From Candidatus Uhrbacteria bacterium CG10_big_fil_rev_8_21_14_0_10_50_16 (GTDB taxonomy: Bacteria; Patescibacteriota; Patescibacteriia; UBA9934; UBA11717): a DNA stretch of 64,000 nucleotides. Below are positions 1 to 9,740 of this stretch, piece by piece. Location of the stretch: positions 182,153 through 246,152 of the forward strand of contig PCYM01000001.1 of assembly GCA_002774875.1 (NCBI GenBank), given 5' to 3'. The stretch's first letter is position 1. Every line of letters begins with the position of its first letter. Made by a program: the position numbers and the translations under genes. The notes below the pieces were generated by a model. It saw only the letters and a list, made by a program, of their open reading frames with translations. It ran no database searches and was not told the DNA's origin.

Positions 1-952
1 GCTGCCACCTCATTTAGTTGTGAAATTTGGCGTATAGCACGTCTAATCAGTCGTCGTAGAATGTAACCCTGATCTTTGTTGGACGGAAATACACCGTCGG
101 CAACCATCATGACTGACGTCCGTACATGATCCGCAATAATGCGCATGGCTCGCTCGTTATCGGTGTAGGACGCATGTGAAACAGATTCAATCGCCTCGAT
201 GATCGGCACAAACAAGTCCGTCTCAAACACGTTTGACTTACCAGTAAGCACCGCTAATGTTCGCTCCAATCCCATGCCTGTGTCGACATTTTGCTTTGCA
301 AGTGGCGTATAGACACCTTCTGGTGATCGATCAAACTGCATAAACACATTATTCCAAATCTCTACCCAAAGGTTATTCTCGGGATCAAACGTATCTGGCA
401 CAGCATCCGTACCTGTCCAGTAGAAAATTTCCGTGTCAGGTCCCTGCGGTCCTGAATGTTTACCACCTGCGGGCCACCAGTTATCCTCCTTACCAAGTTT
501 TGCAATGCGACCTTCTGGGATACCGAGTTCAAGCCATTTGTTAAAAGATTTTAGGTCATTGTCGCAATCATCATCCCCTGCAAACACAGAAACCGCAATC
601 CGATCCATGTCAACGTGTAAAACATCCTTGAGCAACTCAAAACTCCACGCGATTGATTCCTGTTTAAAATAGTCGCCAAGAGACCAGTTGCCTAACATTT
701 CAAAAAACGTGAGGTGCGTGTTGTCTCCTACTTCGTCGATATCGCCTGTTCGTACACACTTTTGTACGTCCACGAGGCGTGTTCCGGCAGGGTGTGTCTC
801 CCCTTTTAAATATGGGACGAGCGGATGCATTCCGGCTGTGGTAAAGAGCACAGACGGGTCATTCTCGGGAACTAAAGACGCCGAAGGAATCTCCACGTGT
901 CCCTTGGAGACAAAAAAATCGATATAGGCACGGCGTAATTGATGGGCGGTCA
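1..952 (-). CDS. alaS: alanyl-tRNA synthetase, N-terminal ~317 codons; rest of gene lies beyond window start
   Basis: Minus-strand translation from ATG (rc of 950-952): MTAHQLRRAYIDFFVSKGHVEIPSASLVPENDPSVLFTTAGMHP...QKCVRTGDIDEVGDNTHLTFFEMLGNWSLGDYFKQ, the class II AlaRS N-terminal signature. No stop before position 1. Confidence 0.8.
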
Positions 953-1015
953 TAGGAAATTGATAGTTCTAGAGAAATGCTGGTAGATGGGACAGGACAT
1001 GATACACAAAAGATC

Positions 1016-1477
1016 CTAGCGTGCTTTGGCGGCGATTTCAAGTGCCTGCCCGGCTAATTGTATCAAATTTGGGACCGTATCGAGATTTTTGATCTCATCC
1101 TCGGTAAACCAACCAATGGCATGAGCGCCTTCCTCTTCTAAAACGGGATCCGTTGTGATCGCCCTGCAAACATAGCCTAAATCACAATGCCTGTGGGTGT
1201 CACTTACCCAATGAATATTGATAAAATGCGGCCGTAGAAGTGGTGTTGTCTGTGCGTCTTTTTCACACGGACACAGTTCAGCAAGAACCTCTACCTCTAA
1301 TCCACACTCTTCTTGAATCTCCCGTAAAAGTGCCTGGTCCGGATTTTCATCGAGTTCAATATGCCCTCCAATCTGGAGCCATTTATTGAGTTTTTTATGG
1401 TGCACAAGGAGAATTTTATCCTCATGCACAATAAAAGCAGAAGCCGTAAAGTCTATAAGATCGTGAATATGCGCCAT
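1016..1477 (-). CDS. NUDIX hydrolase
   Basis: Nudix box GGHIELDENPDQALLREIQEECG (GX5EX7REUXEEXGU) in the 153-aa ORF. Confidence 0.8.
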   Translation of the reverse strand: MAHIHDLIDFTASAFIVHEDKILLVHHKKLNKWLQIGGHIELDENPDQALLREIQEECGLEVEVLAELCPCEKDAQTTPLLRPHFINIHWVSDTHRHCDLGYVCRAITTDPVLEEEGAHAIGWFTEDEIKNLDTVPNLIQLAGQALEIAAKAR

Positions 1478-1480
1478 AGA

Positions 1481-3142
1481 TTAAAAGGAAGATTCAATCG
1501 CAGAGTCTGCGGATTCGGAAAGTCGATATTTTCGAAACAATCGACGCTGTAAGCTACACCAAAGCGTCGTGAGTTCTGGGCTGCGCCAGATCCACGCAGC
1601 AAGGATATATACAATAAGCCCCGCAATACCCGCCACGAGTCCCTGTCCTAGGATACCAAAAAATGTGTTCGTTGGAATCACGCGTTCGTAGAGTATCTTC
1701 ATAGCTTGAATCATGAGTCCTCCAAGTAAACTCGCGACACAAAAGGTAATGAGTGACTGCAAAATTCTTGATTCATCGAGTCCGTGAAGCTTCCGTGAGA
1801 TAAAAAACCATAAGCAAATGAGCTGCAAAATACTTGCCAAGGAAAACGCCATGGCAATCCCGGCTACGCCGTAGCTGTGACTCCAGTAGAGGGCAAGGAC
1901 AATATTGATAGCAGCCGTAGCTAGCGCAATAAGGGCGGGCGTGAGCGTGTTTTTAAACGCAAAATAAACGCGAACAAGCAACGGAATGAGGGCTTGTGCA
2001 AATAAACTCAGGACAAAAAATGCTAGCGTGTGCGCTGTGAGAATTGTCGAATCCCAATCAATGACGCCTGCTCCTAAAACAACACGGACAATTTGAATGC
2101 GTAATAGTAAGAAGACAACACTGAGAGGGATAATCAAAAACAGGATATTACGAGTGGTGGTGGAAATTGTCGCTCGCATCTTTGCCATGTCTTCATTGTT
2201 TGCTTGCTCACTAAGCAGAGGAAACGCGGCGATAGCAAACGAGATTCCCACGATTCCAATCGGCACATATTGAATATTATTTGCAAAATTAAAGATAGCA
2301 ATACTCCCTACTGCTAGTAACGACGCGATGGCCGTCATAACAATGAGATTTAATTGTGATATCCCAAGGCCGACAATGCGCGGTCCCATTAAATACAAAA
2401 GCGTACGAACATCTGGATCTCTCCAATCCCAAACCATCCGGTATCGCCATCCCGAATGGATCGCCCCCACTAATTGAATAAGAAAATGAAGAAATGAACC
2501 GAGCACAACCCCCCAGGCAACGGTTGCGATACCACCGCCAACAAATCCTGTGACAATAACACCACTAATAATTCCAATGTTATAGAGCAAAGGTGCGATT
2601 GCATACAGTGTAAATCGTTTAAGGCCTTGTAGTACTCCGCCAAAGACGCTTGAAAGTCCCAATAAAATCGTCGCAAAATACATGATGCGAGAGATTCCCA
2701 CAGCCTGATCTACGGTTGCCGCATTAAATCCTGGCGCAATCATGTGCAGAATCTGCGGTGTATAGATCATTCCAATTCCGGACAAGAGGATTAAAAATGC
2801 CCCCATGATATGTAGCACGTTATTGGTGAACTCCCATGCCAGGTCGGAATTTTTAGAAAAGCGTTTTGAGAAAAACGGAATAAACCCTGCCGACAAAGCG
2901 CCGAGAACCAAAAATGTAAAAATGAGGTCTGGGATTCTAAATGCCGCGTAATACACGTCGAGCTCGACACCCGCACCAAATGTTCCTGCAAGGAGTCGAT
3001 CGCGGATGAGTCCAAGAACCCGTGAGGCGAGTGCGGTGGCGCCTAACAAAACAGCAGCGCCAACAATGGTCGGTGCTGCTGCGCCTTCTCGTTGTCTGTT
3101 TCTAGTCCGTCTCATGTTTAGAGGGTCGCAAGATGGTTGCAA
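1481..3142 (-). CDS. murJ: lipid II flippase MurJ/MviN
   Basis: 553-aa polytopic membrane protein. N-terminus LGLIRDRLLAGTFGAG..DVYYAAFRIPDL matches the MurJ consensus. Confidence 0.8.
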   Translation of the reverse strand: MQPSCDPLNMRRTRNRQREGAAAPTIVGAAVLLGATALASRVLGLIRDRLLAGTFGAGVELDVYYAAFRIPDLIFTFLVLGALSAGFIPFFSKRFSKNSDLAWEFTNNVLHIMGAFLILLSGIGMIYTPQILHMIAPGFNAATVDQAVGISRIMYFATILLGLSSVFGGVLQGLKRFTLYAIAPLLYNIGIISGVIVTGFVGGGIATVAWGVVLGSFLHFLIQLVGAIHSGWRYRMVWDWRDPDVRTLLYLMGPRIVGLGISQLNLIVMTAIASLLAVGSIAIFNFANNIQYVPIGIVGISFAIAAFPLLSEQANNEDMAKMRATISTTTRNILFLIIPLSVVFLLLRIQIVRVVLGAGVIDWDSTILTAHTLAFFVLSLFAQALIPLLVRVYFAFKNTLTPALIALATAAINIVLALYWSHSYGVAGIAMAFSLASILQLICLWFFISRKLHGLDESRILQSLITFCVASLLGGLMIQAMKILYERVIPTNTFFGILGQGLVAGIAGLIVYILAAWIWRSPELTTLWCSLQRRLFRKYRLSESADSAIESSF

Positions 3143-4262
3143 GCGACAGGAGAAGAATAACCACTAGCACAATGACAAATGCAAGGAACACGGGATTTGC
3201 AAGATGAAAAAAGGAAATGGTGATAAATGCTCGATCCTCGTTAATCGTTCCATCTTGACTTGTGACCATGAGCTGAACCTCGTACGTGCCGGCACCAGAA
3301 AACACGTGAACCGTGGAGGCATCGTGTGATTGTTCGCCATCTCCAAAGTCCCACGCCACGATTACAGGTACGACATCTGATTGAAACGTCTCAAAAGAAA
3401 ACGTATTCCATCCAAGTTTGTGTACTTCAAAAATGGCATTTGCGGAAAGTGCTTCCGGTTCACCGAGATCTGTCGGTTGCTCGTCACTTGAGCCGGTTTC
3501 TCCAAACGCAAATAACTTTGCAAATAAACTATCCTCCGTTGCAGCTATCTCGGTACTATTTGCTTGTACAGGCTCTTTTTGTTGATCAACGTGAGTATCT
3601 GAGACAGGCACATTGACAACATTTGGCACAAGCGGATCCTCGTCATCTAGGTCTGATATACCGTCATTGTCCGTATCAGCCTTCAATGGATCTGTCCCGA
3701 GGGTTTGTTCTACTTCATCTGTAATTCCATCGTTGTCGTCGTCAATGTCACAGACATCTCCAACCCCGTCTCCATCCGTATCACGTTGGTCCGCATTTGC
3801 TGCACGTGGACAGTTGTCTTGCTCATCCAGAATTGTATCCATGTCTTGATCCTGAATGGGTTGTAATAGCATCGTTACAACCGAGTTGTTTGCCGTAACC
3901 TGATCAACAGGTGTTGTGCTTTCGATCCTAACAGCAATATTAAACGGTTGATTGGGAACGATATAGTCCACAAACACTTCTTCATCGAATCCTCCAACGG
4001 GCAAGGAGATTGCCTGAGAATTCCCGATTTTTGTATCTGCCATATAAAACCCAACGGAGCCCGTAGCATCGACATCTCCATAGTTTCTCAAACGCGCATA
4101 GATACGAACCGTCTGACCAATATACACGTCTTGCTGGGACAAATAGACGCCCTTACCCGCAAAACCGACGTCAACCGTTTCCGCAGAAACAGCAAATGGT
4201 AAAAGAACAAAAACAAAGCAGCTAAGGACGAGGCGGAGAATCCTGTTTGTATTCAAAGTCAT
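3102..4262 (-). CDS. cell-surface protein with thrombospondin type-3-like Ca-binding repeats and a PKD domain, C-terminal TM anchor
   Basis: Signal peptide. DxDxDGxxDxxD repeats (DTDGDGVGDVCDIDDDNDGITD, DTDNDGISDLDDED). PKD-like WDFGDGEQSHDASTVHVFSGAGTYEVQLMV. C-terminal hydrophobic helix. Confidence 0.6.
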   Translation of the reverse strand: MTLNTNRILRLVLSCFVFVLLPFAVSAETVDVGFAGKGVYLSQQDVYIGQTVRIYARLRNYGDVDATGSVGFYMADTKIGNSQAISLPVGGFDEEVFVDYIVPNQPFNIAVRIESTTPVDQVTANNSVVTMLLQPIQDQDMDTILDEQDNCPRAANADQRDTDGDGVGDVCDIDDDNDGITDEVEQTLGTDPLKADTDNDGISDLDDEDPLVPNVVNVPVSDTHVDQQKEPVQANSTEIAATEDSLFAKLFAFGETGSSDEQPTDLGEPEALSANAIFEVHKLGWNTFSFETFQSDVVPVIVAWDFGDGEQSHDASTVHVFSGAGTYEVQLMVTSQDGTINEDRAFITISFFHLANPVFLAFVIVLVVILLLSLATILRPSKHETD

Positions 4263-4941
4263 AGATGGCTGGTTTGCGAATCGGTCCCCTCAGGATCATA
4301 AAGACTTCACTGAGGAAGTACTTGATAGTAAGGCGTACTCGTCCTTCTTTTCTCCAGCGGCGCATGGGTGTGTACACCGAATGTGAACGTAGTATACCAA
4401 ACTCTCCCACATCTGAGCCAAGGCGTGCGTAGTGCATATCTTCGGCAAGCGTAACGGTTTCATCGAACCCGCCAATTGCTTCGTGTACAAACCGTTTTGC
4501 AAACATACATGTGCCTACCGCGTGCGGGAGGTGTTTTCCTAAAAGGTGCGTATACGCGTTATAAAACCGGTATGTGAGTCGATCGAGTTGATTCCCGTCC
4601 GAAGGCCGTACATCAATCGCTGCAAGATCCAGCTGCTTGTGTCGCATTTCACTCAGAGTATCTTGGAGAAAATGATCAGATCGTAAAATGGCGTCTGCGT
4701 CCATAAAGAGAAAGATATCCCCCTTTGCAACAGCCGCCCCTAAATTTCTCCCAGCTCCCGGCAGTCCTCCGTCTACAATAACCGCACTCAACGATTTTGC
4801 AATCTCACGGGTGCGATCGGTAGAAAACGCGTCGGCAACAATCACTTCAAAATCCTTAAAGGATTGCTCGCTGAGCTGAGTCAGTAAGCGTTCAATGTTG
4901 GTCTCCTCGTTTTTTGCCGGTATGACAATGGAGACAAACAT
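4222..4941 (-). CDS. family 2 glycosyltransferase (dolichyl-phosphate sugar synthase-like)
   Basis: MFVSIVIPAKNEE..EVIVADAFSTDRT..DADA motifs typical of GT2. Confidence 0.7.
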   Translation of the reverse strand: MFVSIVIPAKNEETNIERLLTQLSEQSFKDFEVIVADAFSTDRTREIAKSLSAVIVDGGLPGAGRNLGAAVAKGDIFLFMDADAILRSDHFLQDTLSEMRHKQLDLAAIDVRPSDGNQLDRLTYRFYNAYTHLLGKHLPHAVGTCMFAKRFVHEAIGGFDETVTLAEDMHYARLGSDVGEFGILRSHSVYTPMRRWRKEGRVRLTIKYFLSEVFMILRGPIRKPAIYDFEYKQDSPPRP

Positions 4942-4944
4942 AAG

Positions 4945-5436
4945 TTAGTTGAGTTTTATTGGAGGTACGTCTACGAGATAAAAGAGCCCATCGACGTTTT
5001 TCATACGAAACTGTGTCGTATTTTTTTTGATCTGACACTCGGTATCGATACAGACAGGTTGTCGATTCCCTTCACTATCCAAAAACGCCACTGTGTGAGG
5101 AAAGAGACCCGATGTTGTGGCGGTGCCTAACCCATCGATCTCGACGCGTGTGCAAAAATGATCTTCACACAGTGTCTTAAGATCGGACGCAATGTCATCT
5201 GCTGATTTATTTTCTGCGAAACAAGGCTTTGATGAACAGTTTGCCTGTACATACTCGGCTGCCTGGGCATAATTTTTTGCCGCAAGCGCATCAAAGAAGC
5301 TTACAAGCTCCGCGGATCCATCTTCAGAGACCACACGATCACCTGTTACCCCAGGAGCACCAGGCTTATAAACAAAGACAGCGACCAAAATAAGCACAAT
5401 AATTCCAAGTGGTAAAAGCAGTTTGAGAGGTTTCAT
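4945..5436 (-). CDS. hypothetical secreted/membrane-anchored protein
   Basis: 163-aa ORF with N-terminal hydrophobic helix, no recognisable motif. Confidence 0.45.
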   Translation of the reverse strand: MKPLKLLLPLGIIVLILVAVFVYKPGAPGVTGDRVVSEDGSAELVSFFDALAAKNYAQAAEYVQANCSSKPCFAENKSADDIASDLKTLCEDHFCTRVEIDGLGTATTSGLFPHTVAFLDSEGNRQPVCIDTECQIKKNTTQFRMKNVDGLFYLVDVPPIKLN

Positions 5437-5463
5437 AGTTGTTTGATTCAGTAAAAGTATAAC

Positions 5464-5958
5464 TTATTTATGTGTGAGTGCATAGAGTCCTACCCCGCAC
5501 GCAACAGAAATATTGAGGGATGTTTTTGTGCCCTGCATAGGAATGTACAGGCGCAAGTCCGCGGCATTAAGCACGTCTTCCGGCAATCCCTCCGGCTCGT
5601 TACCAAAGAGAATCACAGCGTCCGAGGGGACTTGGACATCTTCCACTGACGGAAAAGACGGGTTCGATTCAAAAGCAACCACGGCTTTCCCTTCTGTCTG
5701 CAGTCGATCGATCAACGCGAGGATGTCTGGTTCGTGTGACCAAGGAATGGTGTCATCCGCTCCAAGCGCCGTTTTTGCAATCTCCAGTCGAGGTGGCGTA
5801 GCTGTATACCCGGCGAGGTAGAGATGTTTGACGCCAAATGCATCACAATTCCTAAAACACGCACCAATATTAAAGAGGCTGCGAATATTGTGAATAACCA
5901 CTTCCATAGTGCTGAGAGTAAACAGGAATGAAACGTTTCGGTCAAGCGGAACATCCAC
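5464..5958 (-). CDS. SpoU/TrmH-family RNA 2'-O-methyltransferase
   Basis: SPOUT motifs: LYLAGYTATPP, LFGNEPEGLPEDV, LYIPMQGTKTSLNISVACGVGLY. Confidence 0.7.
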   Translation of the reverse strand: MDVPLDRNVSFLFTLSTMEVVIHNIRSLFNIGACFRNCDAFGVKHLYLAGYTATPPRLEIAKTALGADDTIPWSHEPDILALIDRLQTEGKAVVAFESNPSFPSVEDVQVPSDAVILFGNEPEGLPEDVLNAADLRLYIPMQGTKTSLNISVACGVGLYALTHK

Positions 5959-5995
5959 CCTTTACAAAAGCCGCATTTTAGGCTAGTATGCCCGC

Positions 5996-6844
5996 ATGAA
6001 AACAGGATTCGTCACACTCTTTGGACGCTCCAACGTTGGCAAGTCCACCTTGCTCAATCGTTTGGTTGGGACAAAGGTTGCCATTACCTCTCCAAAACCA
6101 CAAACAACACGGCATCAAATTCAGGGGGTCGTACATTCAGAGGACGGACAGATTGTCTTTGTGGATACACCGGGAATCTTTACTACGTCTCGTGATAACC
6201 TCACCAAGTATCTTAATAAGACGGCGCAGAGTGCTCTTAAAGACGTCGATATTGTGATCCACGTGGTAGACCCAACGCGCCCAATTGGACCGGAGGACAA
6301 AAAGATTTTTAGCATTATCCGCGAGCTCAAACTGCCAAAGGTCCTCGTGATCAATAAGATTGACGTCTACCAGCCCCGCTATCTCGCCTCTTTTGAAGCG
6401 ATGGCCGATGAGTATGACACCGTCGTGAAACTCTCCGCTAAGGATGGTCAGCACACAAAGGCCCTCGTGAACGCGCTTATCGAATTATTGCCAGAGGGCG
6501 ATCCGATCTACGAACACGGTCAGTTTACCAACCTCGACAATGAATTCTGGTTTGCAGAGTTAATTCGAGAGAAGTTGTTTCTTCGACTCTCTGAAGAAGT
6601 CCCTTACTCTCTCACGGTAAAAGTGGACGAAATTGAACGTCGCGCCGATAACACGCTCTACATCAAAGCACGTATCATCACTAACGCGGATCGATATAAG
6701 GGAATGATTGTAGGAAAAGGCGGACGCGGTATTAAGGAGATTGGTCAGTCTGCGCGTAGAGAGATTGAAAACGCAACCAACTCAAACGTGTACCTGGACT
6801 TACAGGTGAGCGTCAACGAGCATTGGACCGAGGAATATAAATAA
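5996..6844 (+). CDS. era: GTPase Era
   Basis: G1 GRSNVGKST, G3 DTPG, NKID; C-terminal KH domain GKGGRGIKEIG. TTTACA-17-TAGTAT promoter upstream, no Shine-Dalgarno. Confidence 0.9.
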   Translation: MKTGFVTLFGRSNVGKSTLLNRLVGTKVAITSPKPQTTRHQIQGVVHSEDGQIVFVDTPGIFTTSRDNLTKYLNKTAQSALKDVDIVIHVVDPTRPIGPEDKKIFSIIRELKLPKVLVINKIDVYQPRYLASFEAMADEYDTVVKLSAKDGQHTKALVNALIELLPEGDPIYEHGQFTNLDNEFWFAELIREKLFLRLSEEVPYSLTVKVDEIERRADNTLYIKARIITNADRYKGMIVGKGGRGIKEIGQSARREIENATNSNVYLDLQVSVNEHWTEEYK

Positions 6845-6846
6845 CC

Positions 6847-7293
6847 CTACACCGTTTGGTGGAGGGTTATTTTGTTGAGGTTTCCGTTGAGCACCGTTGG
6901 CTGCATGGCAAGCATCTCGTCTGTGTAGGTGAGATTGGGTAATGGATAAAGAACAAAGATCGGCTTGTTGAGTACGTGGGCGAATCCCATTTCCAGGAAT
7001 GTGTTTCCGCCAATGTACCCCGGGACACCATTTTTCTCAATATTGGTTACCAACACGGCATCGCCTTCCGCAATCTTTTTGTAATGCGTGCGAATAGCAT
7101 CATATTGGATGGATAACGTGTGGTGTTGACCTGCTTGTTTAAGCACCTCGAGTTGAGCAAGATCGAGGTCTCCCGCCCGTACCAAATCCGCGCTAAGAGG
7201 CACAATTGTCTCATGACCCAACGCGTCGAGTTCGGTCTTAAGGACATCCATCTCTTTAACAAACGTCAAACTGCCACAAATCACCAGTCGCAT
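6847..7293 (-). CDS. nucleoside 2-deoxyribosyltransferase-like protein
   Basis: MRLVICGSLTF N-terminus and GGNTFLEMGFAHVLNKPI resembling the NDT catalytic-Glu motif (DxGTAFEiGyA..KPv). Start chosen at the ATG 1 nt after the upstream gene's stop (TAAnATG). Confidence 0.45.
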   Translation of the reverse strand: MRLVICGSLTFVKEMDVLKTELDALGHETIVPLSADLVRAGDLDLAQLEVLKQAGQHHTLSIQYDAIRTHYKKIAEGDAVLVTNIEKNGVPGYIGGNTFLEMGFAHVLNKPIFVLYPLPNLTYTDEMLAMQPTVLNGNLNKITLHQTV

Positions 7294-7294
7294 A

Positions 7295-7564
7295 TTAATT
7301 TTGAATCTTCTCGCCTGCGGCCCACAGGCGAAGCGTTGCCTCATCTGTTCCGCCACAGATCCATTGATCCGACTTGGTGTTAAGAAAGAACGGAACGCCA
7401 GGGCAACGATTTTGATTTACCTCATTCATTTTCTTGGCATTTTCCTCGTTATTCCACACCTCCAACTTTTCTATTGCCACGCCCTCGGCAATCAACTTGT
7501 CGATAATTGGCATCATTTCTACACAATGCGGACACGTTTCTCCGTAAAATTCGAGTAAAGCCAT
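7295..7564 (-). CDS. thioredoxin-fold protein (CPHC active site)
   Basis: 89 aa; FYGETCPHCVEMMP CxxC motif, glutaredoxin/thioredoxin-like. Confidence 0.6.
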   Translation of the reverse strand: MALLEFYGETCPHCVEMMPIIDKLIAEGVAIEKLEVWNNEENAKKMNEVNQNRCPGVPFFLNTKSDQWICGGTDEATLRLWAAGEKIQN

Positions 7565-7646
7565 ACAGTCACATTTAGGAATAATTTGTCACATGGCGCT
7601 AGTATAACATCTTGCTGCACGACAGAAAACACCGTACTATAGTCTT

Positions 7647-8189
7647 ATGTCTATAGGAAGATCACAACGTGCACTTCGCCTTTTTGCTGTACTCGCGATT
7701 CCATTTGCACTCTGGCAGACGCTCGACTGGTCTCCACGACCCGTTTTTTTGGTCGCCGATGCCACAGACGGCGTTGCACACCTGCACAAAGAGGTGCATC
7801 TTGTTCCGGGACTACGCATTCTCAGTAGAGCAACTATTCAGACACAATCCCTCCCTGCTCTCCTCACATTCGAAGGGACATCCCTCACGCTCGATTCCCG
7901 ATCACAGGTTAAAATCAAAGAAATTGCAACAGATCATCTCTCGTTTTTTTCTACACGCGGTCATGTTTGGATGACGCCCGACCGACAATTTACGTTCTGC
8001 ACGCGCGCAACATGTACCACAAGCAACGAGCCGATTGAGTTGTTTTACTACACGCCAGGTGAAGTTGTGGAGATCCGCGCTGCCGGCGAGGCGACCGTAA
8101 CATTTTTAGACACAGACTATTTTTTGCACGCAGGCGACAAACTCACCATCGACGAACTCACGCACGACGTGCAGACATTTACACCGTAA
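7647..8189 (+). CDS. hypothetical membrane-anchored protein
   Basis: 180-aa ORF with N-terminal TM helix (LFAVLAIPFALW), no motif. Confidence 0.4.
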   Translation: MSIGRSQRALRLFAVLAIPFALWQTLDWSPRPVFLVADATDGVAHLHKEVHLVPGLRILSRATIQTQSLPALLTFEGTSLTLDSRSQVKIKEIATDHLSFFSTRGHVWMTPDRQFTFCTRATCTTSNEPIELFYYTPGEVVEIRAAGEATVTFLDTDYFLHAGDKLTIDELTHDVQTFTP

Positions 8190-9531
8190 GCCAGGTGCCA
8201 AATTCTGGCATCTCCACATTCTCAACTCCTTTAGTAGCAAGATACGCTTTAAAAGCCTTTTGCGCCTTAACGTCCCCGTGTACAAGCTGCACGTTTTTTG
8301 GTTGCGCGGCCGATACCCAGTTTCCGAGTTTATTGTAATCCGCATGACCGCTATAGCTTTCGATCTTTATTACACGTGCGCGTACAGGCACGGTGTAGTC
8401 AAAAATATGCACGGGTGATTTTCCTTCCGCAATATCATTTCCGAGCGTTCCTGGTGCCTGATATCCCGTAACAAGAAGCGTATTATTGGCGTCGTCCAAG
8501 TAGCGAACAAGATGGTGTTGAATACGTCCCGCGTTCATCATACCGGAACCCGCAATAATCACTTTTGGATTTGGAACTTGGTTGATTTGCTTAGACGCGT
8601 CCACCGTGTCCGTAACATGAAGTTCCTTGAACGCAAAAAAGTTGTTATCTGTAAAACCGTCCGGTACGTCAAACTGCATCATCTCTGTGTCCTGACTGTA
8701 CTTTTGGAAGACGGCAATGGCCGTAATGGCAAGAGGGCTATCCAAAAACACTTGGCCCGGGTTGAGTCCGTCATGTTCGATAAGCTCATTCATTTCAAAC
8801 AGAATTTCCTGTGTACGCTCAATAGAAAACGCCGGAATCATAAGCACGCCATTTTGTTTGTGGTTGCGAAGAATCTCTGCACGTAATTGTTCCTTGCGTT
8901 CCTCGCGCTCCGGATGCAGCCGGTCTCCATACGTTGATTCGCAAACGAGAACATCTAGATTTGTTGGTAGCGCCTCCGTGTCATGGAGGAGTGGTGTGAT
9001 TGTAGAACCTACGTCGCCACTAAACGCGATCCGCTTTCCCTCTAACTCCAAAACCACAAAACTTGAACCCAGAATGTGCCCTGTATCATAGAACGTGGCC
9101 GTCACACCCTCCACGATTTCAAACGAGGAACGATACGTAACGGTCTGCCAACGTTTGTACGCCGCTTCCAAATCCTTTTCGCCGTAGAGTTCGTCCAAGT
9201 GACATTCCTCCGCATGGATGAGCATAATGTGATGCGCGTCCTCTAAGTTGATCTGCCCAAGCTCCTTTGTAGGACCCGTAGAATAAATCTGCGGTTTTCC
9301 ACCTTGATTGAACAATCGCGGAATACGACCAACGTGATCCAGGTGCGCATGCGTGACCAAAAGAACATCGACTTGTTTTGGATCAAACCCAAATTCGTCG
9401 TAATTACGCATATCACAAATACCACCGCCTTGGTAGTATCCGCAGTCAATTAAAATCTGTTTGTCCCCTGTTTTAATGAGGTAACAAGAACCCGGGACCT
9501 GACGTGTGGCACCGAAAAATCCTATTTGCAT
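8179..9531 (-). CDS. MBL-fold beta-CASP hydrolase (RNase J/CPSF-like)
   Basis: LLVTHAHLDHVGRIP (HxHxDH), later H/D motifs, 450 aa. Confidence 0.7.
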   Translation of the reverse strand: MQIGFFGATRQVPGSCYLIKTGDKQILIDCGYYQGGGICDMRNYDEFGFDPKQVDVLLVTHAHLDHVGRIPRLFNQGGKPQIYSTGPTKELGQINLEDAHHIMLIHAEECHLDELYGEKDLEAAYKRWQTVTYRSSFEIVEGVTATFYDTGHILGSSFVVLELEGKRIAFSGDVGSTITPLLHDTEALPTNLDVLVCESTYGDRLHPEREERKEQLRAEILRNHKQNGVLMIPAFSIERTQEILFEMNELIEHDGLNPGQVFLDSPLAITAIAVFQKYSQDTEMMQFDVPDGFTDNNFFAFKELHVTDTVDASKQINQVPNPKVIIAGSGMMNAGRIQHHLVRYLDDANNTLLVTGYQAPGTLGNDIAEGKSPVHIFDYTVPVRARVIKIESYSGHADYNKLGNWVSAAQPKNVQLVHGDVKAQKAFKAYLATKGVENVEMPEFGTWLTV

Positions 9532-9614
9532 ATTAAGTGCAGTATACAGGATTTCTCCCCCTTCGCCGATTCTCGTAGCACAGGCCCAATCCGATCGTGG
9601 GTGATGTCAATTTA

Positions 9615-9674
9615 GCGAAACAAAAAGGAGGGAGAAAGAATAAATTGATTGCTTCGTGAAACTCGCAATGACGA
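9615..9674 (+). repeat. about 60-nt conserved intergenic element, copy 1 (inverted copy at 59116-59175)
   Basis: GCGAAACAAAAAGGAGGGAGAAAGAATAAATTGATTGCTTCGTGAAACTCGCAATGACGA; 56/60 identical to the reverse complement of 59116-59175. Confidence 0.7.
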
Positions 9675-9740
9675 CACGGGATACTAGATGCCCCATGGAC
9701 TCTCGACAAAAACAAGTATTTATGCTAGTCTTGCGTCATT

